Assembly: GCF_001194135.2 (NCBI RefSeq)
Contig: NC_068985.1
Span: forward strand, 62,990,239 to 63,054,238
Source: Octopus bimaculoides
Lineage: Eukaryota
Length of the DNA stretch: 64,000 nt
Direction: 5' to 3'
Notes under the pieces: model-generated
The model's database searches: none
What the model saw: only the letters and a program-made list of their open reading frames with translations
What the model was told of the DNA's origin: nothing
Shown here: one piece after another, positions 34,463 to 46,461 of the stretch
Layout of the letters: every line of letters starts with the position of its first letter
How positions within the stretch are numbered: position 1 is the stretch's first letter
Translations under genes and position numbers: made by a program

Positions 34463-34835
34463 ATTACCTCCGCCTTAGCGAAGGTGGAGGTATCGTTTCC
34501 AGTCGTGTTTGTTTGTTTGTCCGTGGACAAGATATCTCAAGAACCGCTGGATTGATTCAGATGAAACTTTCAGGGATGTTTGGCCTCGTGACTGGCACGA
34601 ACTGATTAGATTTTGGAATCAATCTGGTCACCGGACAAGGATTCGGGATTATTTTTCCTGTTTTTTTTTTTTTACTTAATGTTTGAGAGAGGTCGGGTTA
34701 ACTTTTAGTATTCTCGTTTGTGAGAGCAGTCGAGTTTATTTCAGATATTCTCATGTTAAAAATCATTTCTGGCTAATCGCTGAGAGGACGTTGGTGTTGT
34801 CTTGGTAGAGGTTTGCGCTCTGAGTGCTCTTTTAG
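34463..34835 (+). mobile_element. Non-autonomous Helentron-type element (HINE/DINE-1-like)
   Basis: 5' hairpin ACCTCCGCCTT-AGCG-AAGGTGGAGGT (34466-34491), then (GTTT)n, 3' subterminal inverted repeat CTTGGTAGAGGT and short hairpin GCGCTC-T-GAGTGC; T-rich flanks. Confidence 0.75.
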
Positions 34836-35100
34836 CATAAAACACTGAAATAATCAAGGAAACATCAGTTAATTTTGGACGTTGGATTTACTCATAATTG
34901 GTTGCATATGTACAGTACAGTATAAACATGGTAATTGATGCATAAGCGGGGGGGGGGGGCAACCAGATATTAAAACTAATGTATATTGTGAAATATACCA
35001 TAATCTACCATGTGCACGAGTTTCATTAACATTGAGATAGCAGAACCCCAAATATTGGGGTAGCCTAATACTTTTGGCCAAAGCTGTATATATATATATA

Positions 35101-36337
35101 CACACATGTCAGAAGTAAATATATACCCCATAAAACATCGTTTTCTGTTTATTCTAACTTGTAAAGTTTTATATTTCTTTTTAATTGACATTTTTATGCT
35201 TCAGATTCTATATGTGACTGTTTAATCATGCCATGTACAAAAGAAGCCTTAGAACTGTCTGAATTTCAAACAGGCCGTATTGTGGGTCATTCTGAAAGTG
35301 CATATAGCCAACGTAAAATTGCAGAAAACCTTGGGATCCCGCTTTCGACAGTTAATAGGGTGATTGTGCATTTCACCAGATAGGGGACGAAGTTCACATC
35401 ACCTTGTCCAGATCAACCAGGGCCCTCTGACAGGACCCTTCTCTTTGCTAAGAGAAGTGTGGAGGATAATCCTCGTTGCAAGACCTCTGACATAGCAGAG
35501 CAAGTTGATGTCAGTCCCAGAACAGCTGTCAGGTATCTCCACAAACTTGGTTACTATGGCAGAGTAGGAAGAAGGAAGCCACATCTTTGACCAGCCAATA
35601 TGAAGCGGAGAAAAGATTGGGCCAGTGAGATGGTGGAGAGGACATTAGCATTTTGGGACACTGTCATATATTCTCCGATGAGTCTAGATTTGCTGTATTT
35701 CCTAACAGTGGTCGAGTGTGGGTCTGGAAACTCTGTGATCAAGAATTTGATGTGAAAAGATTGCAACCAGCAATGAAACACAGCAGCTATTCTGTGATGG
35801 TCTGGGGAACAATTTGGAGCAATGGTTGATCAGAGCTGGTGGAGTGTGAAGGAAAGATAAACTGAAATAAATATGTGTCCATATTGCAGAAAGGACTTCT
35901 TCCAAGCTTCTTCAGTGGGGAAATGATTAAAGAAGACTTTATTTATGGAAGACGGGATTCCTTGTCACATGGTTAAAATGACCCAAGATTTGTTGGAAAA
36001 GAATGGCATTAGAAAGCTTCCATAACCAAGCCAGTCACGAGATTTGAACCCTATTGAACACCTCTGGGGCATAATGGACAGGACACTTCATAAACAGAAC
36101 AACAAAGGATTTTTTGAGATTATTGCATGAAACTTAGCAAGAAATTCCGCAATAGAATATTCACCATCTGATCAGTAACATGTTTAATATGGTCCTTGCA
36201 CTGAAAAATGCGAAGAGCATGTCTACTAAATATTAAATATTCACATTATAACTACTAACAAATAATTTGAATGTATAATTTCGGATTTAAATAAATTTTA
36301 ATGATTATTAGGGTATCTATTTCTTCCATGTCTGTGT
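35101..36337 (+). mobile_element. Full-length decayed Tc1 transposon (DD34E), ~1.24 kb
   Basis: ATG at 35228; [14 protein letters not shown]; VIYS-DESRF (D at 35677); MEDG (D at 35951); DLNPIEHLW (E at 36056; 34 residues after the D). Degraded TIRs sit in (TA)n flanks. Confidence 0.9.
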
Positions 36338-36514
36338 ATATATATATATACCCTCACACCCCCGCACACACCATCACAACTTACCTGCACTTCACCCCTC
36401 CATCCACCTCACTACTTCATACCTTCAGACATCGCACATTTATTCGCACACATACACAAATAAGGACACACAAACATACATTAATACATACATACATAGA
36501 CAGATAGACAGATT

Positions 36515-36557
<43 letters not shown>

Positions 36558-36830
36558 CTACGCGCACATTCACTTATTTTTGTAGTTTATATGCACACAT
36601 GACAAACACATATAAACACACACACACACACACANNNNNNNNNNNNNNNNNNNNNNNNNNNNNNNNNNNNATATATACATATATATATATATGTATATAT
36701 AATGAATATACTCTATACTGCTCTATAACTATGCATGTAGGCGTTAGTGATATATGTAAGTGTTCGCGATTGACAAAGTTTATGTGATAGACTTAACTGT
36801 TTGCGTTTATATATGCAAACATATATACAT

Positions 36831-36876
<46 letters not shown>

Positions 36877-37552
36877 ACACACACATACACACACATAATT
36901 TACAATTTAAAAATCATATATCCGTTTGTAGATAATGTTTGCTATAATCCTGACACAGTGTTAATGGAAAGGTTCATTGGAATGGTTTCATGCCACCTCG
37001 TCCAAGTAGTTCTGAAGCCTGATAATTTAACAGACCGGATAATGGGAGTTATGCCTTTTTCAATGCTATTAATGGAATAAATGATAGTGAAGCACTAACA
37101 AAAGAAGGTCAAACCTATATCGACAATTTGCTTCGTAGTAATTTTGGATTTTATTTTTTCTATGGCGTTTGTCTAGTAAGATGTCTGTCTGTCTGTATGT
37201 GTGTATAACAACAAAGAAAGAAGCGAAATGATAAGTAAATATGTTGTGTATGTGAAAAAAACTGCAACCATTGTAATTGCAAAATTATTTCAGATACTTT
37301 GCGGTAGAGATCATTCTTCGTTTTCTTCTAGAGTCAAACTATAGCTTCCATGTCCCCGAGACTATTTTGACTATTATTAAATGAGCTGGCAGAATCATTA
37401 GCACACTCTGGGAAAGGCTTAGTAGTTATTAGGTCCGTCCTTGGGTTCCGAGTTTAAATTCCACCGAGTTCGGCTTCGCCTTTCATCTTTTCCGATTCGA
37501 TAGGATAAATACCAGTTGAGCACTGGGATCGATGTAATTGACTTAACTACTC

Positions 37553-38146
37553 TTACACTTTTACTCTTTTGCTTGTTTCAGTCATTTGACTGCGGCCATG
37601 CTGGAGCACCGCCTTTAATCGAGAAAGTCGACCCCAGGACTTATTCTTTGTAAGCCTAGTACTTATTCTATCGGTCTCTTTTTGCCGAACCGCTAAGTTA
37701 CGGGGGCGTNNNNNNNNNNNNNNNNNNNNNNNNNNNNNNNNNNNNNNNNNNNNNNNNNNNNNNNNNNNNNNNNNNNNNNNNNNNNNNNNNNNNNNNNNNN
37801 NNNNNNNNNNNNNNNNNNNNNNNNNNNNNNNNNNNNNNNNNNNNNNNNNNNNNNNNNNNNNNNNNNNNNNNNNNNNNNNNNNNNNNNNNNNNNNNNNNNN
37901 NNNNNNNNNNNNNNNNNNNNNNNNNNNNNNNNNNNNNNNNNNNNNNNNNNNNNNNNNNNNTATATATATACATACATACATACGACGGGCTTCTTTCAGT
38001 TTCCGTCTACCAAATCCACTCACAAGGCTTTGGTCGGCCCGAGGCTATAGTAGAAGACACTTGCCCAAGGTGCCACGCAGTGGGACTGAACCTGGAACCA
38101 TGTAGTTGGTAAGCAAGCTACTTACCACACAGCCACTCCTGCGCCT
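37553..38146 (-). mobile_element. SINE family A; gap falls in the internal microsatellite
   Basis: Tail at 37553-37709 and head at 37961-38146, collinear. Confidence 0.85.
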
Positions 38147-39001
38147 ATATACTCTTGGGTAAGAGTATATATAAAAAAAAAACTGCATCTCTCTGCCAAG
38201 CCATATGGAGCCAGTGTGACAGAGCAGGCTCATCAAACCAGTATGAGCTCAAGCTCAAATTCAGGACTTCCACATCAGAGCGTGGATGGTGAAGAACATA
38301 CGCTGAGGCCTTTGTCCTGCGATGGACTGAATATAGGAAATCCAGTATAATGTGAGTGAGGGTGTATGTTTGTGCATGTGTGTGCTTGTGTTTGTGTGTG
38401 TACGTGTGTCTATGTGTGTGAGTGAGTGTGTATGTTAGTGAGTGTGTGAGTGAGTGGGTGAGTGAGTGAGTGAATGAGTGGGTGAGTGAGTGAGTGTCTG
38501 TGTGAGTGAGTGAGTGTGGGGCAAATAGCTTAGCAGTATTTCTTCTAACTTTGTCTTTCTTTAACTTCGTCCTTTATCCTTTCAGGTTCGATAAAATAAA
38601 TATCAATCGAACACTGAGCTCGTTATAATCGACTATCCTTCTGCCACTAGATTTCATCCCTCATGCCTAGGGAACGAGCTATTCGAATCATTAGCTCCAC
38701 CAGAGACAAAATTCTGAGTCGCATTTCTTCTGGCTACATACCTTCTGCGTTCAAATTCCATCGTAGTCCACTTTGCCCTTCATCCTCGCAGGATCGCAAA
38801 ATTAAGTAGCAGTCAAGCACTGGTGTTAACATAATTCTTTCTCTGAAGAAGGAGCTGGTTTCTAACAAAGATAAAACTGGAATGTAAATAACGAAAGCAA
38901 TGTCACATTTTAAACATGAGAAAAGTCTTGCATAATTTTACTGTTCCACTTACAGATTGAATATTTAATGTGCGAGTTAGTAGGTTGATTTCTTTTTCGT
39001 G

Positions 39002-39077
39002 GGCAGTTTAGCTTAATCGGTCTAGAGCACCGCGACGCGTAATCATGGAGGTGTAAGTCCGAGTCTCATAGCTGGCC
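39002..39077 (+). pseudogene. Isolated tRNA-Thr(CGT)-like sequence (tRNA pseudogene or tRNA-like Pol III unit)
   Basis: Acceptor GGCAGTT/AGCTGGC (6 of 7 pairs), D-stem GCTT/GAGC, anticodon loop CG-CGT-AA, T-arm GTAAG-TCCGAGT-CTCAT; TTTTTT at 39086-39091; no SINE body follows. Confidence 0.55.
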
Positions 39078-39740
39078 GTCAACACTTTTTTCTGCAAAAT
39101 AGGTGTAGTTTATCCTGTTCAGGCTATATTATTAGCATTATCCTGCGTTTGAGAATTTAAAATCACTTCTTTAACTTTTATTTCAACATTTACTTACAAA
39201 ACCCACGTGTGTGCATCTATTCATATTATAATCTCAGATGGAGAACTTTTGAATGTCTTACAAATCTTGACTGTGCCACTAATAGATTGGATTTTGGAGA
39301 ATTCGCGTCAGTTTCTTTTGCCCTTTCTCTGTGAAACCGAGGATTTCTAGTTTCTTTGTACGAATGTGTATGCATGTATGTATGTATGTATGTATGTATG
39401 TATGTATGTATGTGTGTATGTGTGTATATATGTATGTATATATGTATTATGTGGAATATATGCATGTAAGTATGCTATTTATAATGGCTGTTTCAAGGTT
39501 CGCCAATGCTAGCCCGCCGGCCTGTTGCAGTCGTAGAATCGACTAACACTTCTTCTAATTGCGATAATATATATTAATTTTACCCCTACATACAGCATTG
39601 AATCCTTCATTCATTACGCATTTTATACTTCTTAAGGAAGATATTTCGTATACATACATACATGCATATATACATACATACATACATAAATACATACATA
39701 CATAAATACATACATACATATGCATACGTTTATATGTGTG

Positions 39741-39842
<102 letters not shown>

Positions 39843-41008
39843 CGTTATCTCAATCTCCATCACTCTCTCTCTCTGTCACTCTTCTCGGTCTCTCGTCTAT
39901 AAATATGCATATAAGTGACTTTACATTTTCAATCTTGACTTTAACACCGTGATGAAGAAATTTTAATATTTTATACCTGAGATCCCCACGTGAGATGGCT
40001 AATTAACTCTACGAAAACCGTTTATTTTCTTTGGTGAAGAGGTGACGGATTAGAAATCTCCTGAAAGCAAACAGCAATGAGATGTTCCTTTCAAATTCTA
40101 ATTGATAACCAAGTCCTTATATCGAGTAGTGTTAAGTATATTCCCTAGCAACCCTATTTTAATTTAAACGAAGGTTTATCTTACATTAGAATCACCTTGT
40201 GACTAAAGCAGTGAACGCAGTTGGCTTGGTGGTTAGGAGTGTTCCGCTCACGATGATATGATCATGAGATCTATTCCTCGATCAAGCAGTGCATTGTTTT
40301 TTCGGGAAAGACAGTCTATTTCAACTCAGTTGTAATGCCTATCAACTGTTTTCTTGTAAACACCCCACCTCTCTCTCTCCTTCTAGCTATCACATCCTGA
40401 GTTCTTCACAAGATAAAGGCTGAGAGGGAGTCTAAGTCTATCCACGTTTACATAGTCACCTAAAGCTATCAGCGGAAGCATGGTCCATATTGGTTTCAAA
40501 TTTTGGCACAAGGACACCAATTTCCGTGGAGGGGATAAGTCGATTACTTCAACTCCAGTACTCAACTGATACTTATTTTATCGACCGCAAAAAGATGAAA
40601 GATAAAGTCAGCCTCGGTGGAGTTTGAACTCAGAACGTAAAGGTCACACGAAATGCGGCTAAGTAACTTGTCCGACGTACTAATGTTTCTGCCAGGTCGA
40701 CGCTTTACAAGCCTGATAAAGATGTCACAATAAACCTTATTAAGACAATAGTAATTCTAATGGTTTCAAATTTTGACACACGGTCAGAAATTTTAGGGAG
40801 TGAGTGTTAGTTGCGAGGTTACATGTTTCATAATTTAAGTTTGCATGTTTTTCGAAATAACTAAGGGTTGAAGCTGATTAAAGTTTCGTATTAAATATTT
40901 GAGAGGATTAGTAATGTTCGTTGATTAATTATCATCTATCCGATAGATAACGATAAATTCTATGGTTGTCATGCAACATCTTACAAGAAGCAAACTAATT
41001 CCATAAAT

Positions 41009-41182
41009 AGGCGCTGGATTGGCTGTGTGGTAAGTAGCTTGCTTACTAACCACATGGTTCTGGGTTCAGTCCTAGTGCGTGGCACCTTGGGCAAGTCTCT
41101 TCTACTATAGCCTCGGGCCGACCAAAGCTTTGCGAGTGGATTTGGTAGGCGGAAACTGAAAGAAGCCCGTTGTATATATGTG

Positions 41183-41219
<37 letters not shown>

Positions 41220-41450
41220 ATGTGTGTGTGTGTGTGTGTGTTTGTGTCTGTATTTGTCCCCTCAACATTGCTTGACAACCGATGCTGGTGTGTTTACGTC
41301 CCCGTAACTTAGCGGTTCGGCAAAAAGAGACCGATAGAATAAGTACTAGGCTTACAAAGAATAAGTCCTGGGGTCGATTTGCTCGACTAAAGGCGGTTCT
41401 CCAGCATGGCCGCAGTCAAATGACTGAAACAAGTAAAAGAGTAAAAGAGA
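41009..41450 (+). mobile_element. SINE family A, young full-length copy
   Basis: Intact head, (AT)n(GT)n slot and tail; CpGs retained. Confidence 0.9.
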
Positions 41451-41627
41451 GTATTAACCCGGCGCAGCATAACGAGTTTACAAGTGTTTATCTGTTTCAG
41501 AAGAGAAATTTTAGTTGTATCTAAAACATCATCGCGCTACTTTTCTTCTCGTCTGATTAAATAATAATTTTTAATATAACCTGTAACATAGTTGAATATG
41601 TCACCCTTGGTGTATATCTGGTCTATT

Positions 41628-41950
41628 GTGAAGGCGCGTAGCTTAGTGGTTAGGGGTATTCGGCTCATGATGGTAAGGTCGTGAGTTCAATTCCCGGCGA
41701 CGCGTTGTGTCCTTGAGCAAGACACTTTATTTCACGTTGCTCCGGTCCACTCAGCTGGTAAAAATGAGTTGTACCTGTATTTCAAAGGGCCGGCCTTGTC
41801 ACACTCTGTGTTACGCTAGATCTCCCCGAGAACTACTTTAAGGGTGCACGTGTCTTTGGAGTACTCAGCCACTTGCACGTTAATTTCACGAGCAAGCTGT
41901 TCCGTTTGTCGTATCAGCTGGGACCCTCGTCGTCGCAACCGACGCAGTGT
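41628..41950 (+). mobile_element. SINE family C, full length (tRNA head plus CORE/V-like central block)
   Basis: A-box gcttagtggttagg, B-box gagttcaattcc, gtgtccttgagcaagacactt block, tail shared with 49928-50110. Confidence 0.85.
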
Positions 41951-42219
41951 TCCTTTATATCTGGTCCTAGCTTTATCGATACCAGAAAAGGATAGACGTG
42001 CATTTCATCTTGGCTGGATTTTCGAAAAGATTTACCTTATTGAGTCTGGAAGCGGGAAAGAGAAGATTCCATGGGTTTTCCACGATTTTCAATACTTGGG
42101 AGCCTGGTGTCATTGGTGTTCGTTTCAAATTATTGCTAGCAATTAACCACCAGGCAGAAACGAGAAAAGAGGAATCTTGAGAACCGATCCTCTGAAGATG
42201 AATGATTATATATATACAG

Positions 42220-42337
42220 TCGAGCAAATCGATCCCAGGACTTATTCTATCAGTCTGTTTTGCCGAACCGCTAAGTTACGGGAGCGTAAACACACCGCCA
42301 TCGGTTGTCAAGCGAAGTTGGGGGAACAAACACACAA

Positions 42338-42390
<53 letters not shown>

Positions 42391-42505
42391 NNNNNNNNNN
42401 NNNNNNNNNNNNNNNNNNNNNNNNNNNNNNNNNNNNNNNNNNNNNNNNNNNNNNNNNNNNNNNNNNNNNNNNNNNNNNNNNNNNNNNNNNNNNNNNNNNN
42501 NNATA

Positions 42506-42556
<51 letters not shown>

Positions 42557-42751
42557 GTATATATATATATATACATATGCATATATACGACAGGCTTCTT
42601 TCAGTTTCCGTCTACCAAATCCACTCACAAGCCTTTGGTCGGCCCCATGCTATAGTAGAAGACACTTGCCCAAGGTACCACGCAGTGGGACTGAACCCGG
42701 AACCATGTGGCTGGTAAGCAAGCTACTTACCACACAGCCACTCCTACGCCT
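42220..42751 (-). mobile_element. SINE family A; gap falls in the internal microsatellite
   Basis: Collinear with 41009-41450 on the opposite strand. Confidence 0.85.
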
Positions 42752-43276
42752 ATATGTATAAGGTATGCATATATATATATATATATATACGCATATGTGT
42801 GCGTACGTGCGTGCGTGCTTGCTTGCGTGAGTGTGTGTGCGTGTGAGTATACATACACCATAGGGTCTACCCAGCATCAACCTAATGACTGCCTAAATAT
42901 ATACGGCATCTGTTGTGCTGAGATTCTGTTTTTTGTACAATAGACTTTATAAATTATTCGTAAATGCATCCAGAAATTCTTTGATATTTAATCATATGTA
43001 CGATATTAAAAGTATTGAATGAAGACGATATATGGCAAGGCGTGTGTTATAAACGTTTCTTTTATATGTGTAATTCGCTTTAACACACCATTACGGATCA
43101 AAGCTCATACCAAGCTAACTGTAACGAAAACTACACGTAGATACTTTGTATATATATATTTACATAAGCACACATATGCATTACAGACACGCGTACGTAT
43201 ATACACACGCACACACCAGCACGAACACAAATACTTGTTATCTTTATTTACAATGTGGCTTACGTGTGTGTGTGTG

Positions 43277-43338
<62 letters not shown>

Positions 43339-43794
43339 NNNNNNNNNNNNNNNNNNNNNNNNNNNNNNNNNNNNNNNNNNNNNNNNNNNNNNNNNNNNNN
43401 NNNNNNNNNNNNNNNNNNNNNNNNNNNNNNNNNNNNNNNNNNNNNNNNNNNNNNNNNNNNNNNNNTATATATATATATATATATATATATATGCATATAT
43501 ATATTTGTAATATATTTATGTATATATATATGTGTGTGTGTATGTATATATATGACATATTCATAAATATGCATGCTTGTTTACGATATATATATATATA
43601 TGTATATGTATATGTATATAAATATCTGTATATACACATACAAAGCACACGCGCACAGGCAAAAATACACCCATATATACATAAACATATACACACACAC
43701 ACAGACATATATAATGTGCCCCTATGTATCGTAAATAAGCGTGTATATTTATGAATGCGTATGTACTTACGTGCCTATGCATCTGTGTATGTGC

Positions 43795-43837
<43 letters not shown>

Positions 43838-44534
43838 TGTTTGTGCGTATGTATCTATGCACGTATATATATATATATATATGTATGTGTTATTGTTAGC
43901 TACTAATCAAAATTCATTACCAGTTACTCGACAATAAGGCTTCAATGATATGGTTCGTAAAAGATTCTGAAATATAAATGAAAATCAATGATACTGCGGT
44001 TCTTCGGTACATTTAATCACAGTAATATATTATCTACAGGGGCTAATAATATATACATACTCCAGTACGACTGTGTGTCTATATACGGGTCTATGTATAT
44101 AGAATCGTACAAATGTGTATAGCCGCTGTGTGTGCGTGTGCATGCCTTTGTAGAAGTTAATATAAAGTTACCTGTTAGCTGAGTACATTTCATTTAAATA
44201 TTCTTATATATGGAGACAGAGATTAATATGAAATTTCTTTTGCATATAAATGCGTCCAGTTGTTTGTATTCTATTGAGTACACAACCACGGATTTCATGT
44301 GTATTTATGTACGTATGTATATATGTATGTGAGTGTATGGATGTGTGTGAGTGTATGTATGTGTATGTGCGTATGTGTTTTTGCGCATGTGTCCGTGTAT
44401 GTGCATAAGTGTGTCGTTCATACACCGTTAAACACACGTATATGTGTATATATACAAAATATACACATACGTGCATACATAGGTACATACATACAAACAT
44501 ACATACGTACATACATACATACATACATAAATTC

Positions 44535-44948
44535 TTTTATTCTTTTACTTGTGTCAGGCATTTGACTGCGGCTATGCTGGTGCACCACCTTTAGTCGAAC
44601 AAATCGACACCCCGGACTTATTCTTTGCAAGACTAGTACGCATTATTTCTGCCTCTTTTACCTAACCGCTAAGTTGCGGAGACGTAAACACACCAAGATC
44701 GGTTGTCAAGCGATGTTGGGGGTACAAACACAGACACACGAACATATACACACACATACACATATATATATATATACATATATACGACAGGCTTTTTTTA
44801 GTTTCCGTCTACCAAATCCACTCACAAGGCTTTGGCCGGCCCAAGGCTATAGTAGAAGACACTTGCCCAAGGTGTCATGCAGTGGGACTGAACCCGGAAC
44901 CATGTGGTTGGGAAGCAAGCTTATTACCACACAGCCACTCCTGTGCCT
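44535..44948 (-). mobile_element. SINE family A
   Basis: Collinear head, microsatellite and tail. Confidence 0.85.
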
Positions 44949-45484
44949 ATATATGTGTGTGTGTGAGTATGTATGTATGTATGTATGTATGTATGTATGT
45001 ATATATATGTATATATATGTATGTATATATATATGTATATATATGGTCGTGGTGAGAGGGATAACTCCCTTGGCAAACAGGACACAGTCGTGTGTCGATA
45101 AGCCAGCTGGAGGAGATGTCCTCCTGGGGCTAAAAGCAACAGTAACATCCACCCCTAGGGGTCAGCCACACTTAAGTGGCAATATACTACACTTTATCGT
45201 GCAGTTACTGTTAATACTTCATTTAGAGAATTAACATTGCTTGTTTTCACCTTTTCAATATCAGTGAAGAATNNNNNNNNNNNNNNNNNNNNNNNNNNNN
45301 NNNNNNNNNNNNNNNNNNNNNNNNNNNNNNNNNNNNNNNNNNNNNNNNNNNNNNNNNNNNNNNNNNNNNNNNNNNNNNNNNNNNNNNNNNNNNNNNNNNN
45401 NNNNNNNNNNNNNNNNNNNNNTCAAATCGTCCAACCCATGCTAGCATGGAAAGCGGACGTTAAACGATGATGATGATGATGATG

Positions 45485-45518
<34 letters not shown>

Positions 45519-46104
45519 AATGCATGTACTGTATGCCTTACTATTTTTCCACGATAAATAATTTTTGTGTGTAATACATAATTGATTATTGATAATTTTC
45601 ACTAGATTCATTGTAGTCATACTTACTTTTGTTTCGCATTCCTTCATATTTTCGTATAAATTGTAAACAATAATATTTTACAAGTGTAAGTAGTGAAAGC
45701 TCATGTTTGCTTTGCGAGAAAAGAAGGAAAAGTTGTGAATTAATTGCTTTCCTGTTCTTTTGAGAGGAGAGCGTCAACAAGAAAGACAACACAAACGAGT
45801 TGCCAACAGAGAGAGAGACGAATTTTTCTTCTTCCTTTCAGTTATAGTAAAAGCAATGGTATTAGACTCTTCGTAACTATTATTGCCTTCGAGAATCGAG
45901 AGTCAAAAAGGGAGACAAAATAAACGGGTGAGTAATTAACAGAAAGGCAAAAGAAAGCAATTTTTTTACTATTTACTTTCAGTCATAGTAAGAGCAGTGG
46001 TGTTATTTTCTTTGTAGTTTATTATTTTCGAGAAGGGAGCATTAAAAAGAGGGACAAAACGAAGAATTAGTGTGTGGTCAAGAAAGAACAAGACAGGGAA
46101 AGCA

Positions 46105-46461
46105 GATATTTCACTGCTTGCTTTCAGCCGTGTTAAGTTGCCATGCTGGAGCATCGCCTTTATAGTCGAGCAAATCGACCCCAGAGCTTATTCTTTGTAA
46201 GCCTAGTACTTACTCTATCGATATATTTTGCCGAACCGCTATGTTACGGGGACACAAACACACCAGTATCGGTTGTCAAGCGATGCTGGGGTGATATACA
46301 TATATATACATATACGACGGGCTTCTTCCTGTTTCCTCTACCAAATCCACTCACAAGGCTTTGGTCGGTCCGAGACGACACTAGCCCAAGGTGCCACGCA
46401 GTGGGACTGAATCCGGGACCATGTGGTTGGTAAGCAAGCTACTTACCACACAGCCACTCCT
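46105..46461 (-). mobile_element. SINE family A with short internal repeat
   Basis: Collinear head and tail. Confidence 0.85.

Noticed and set aside
41628-41705. tRNA gene calls for SINE heads (also 50240-50313 and 63710-63782)
   Set aside because: A and B boxes are present but acceptor stems do not pair, and each continues into a shared SINE body.
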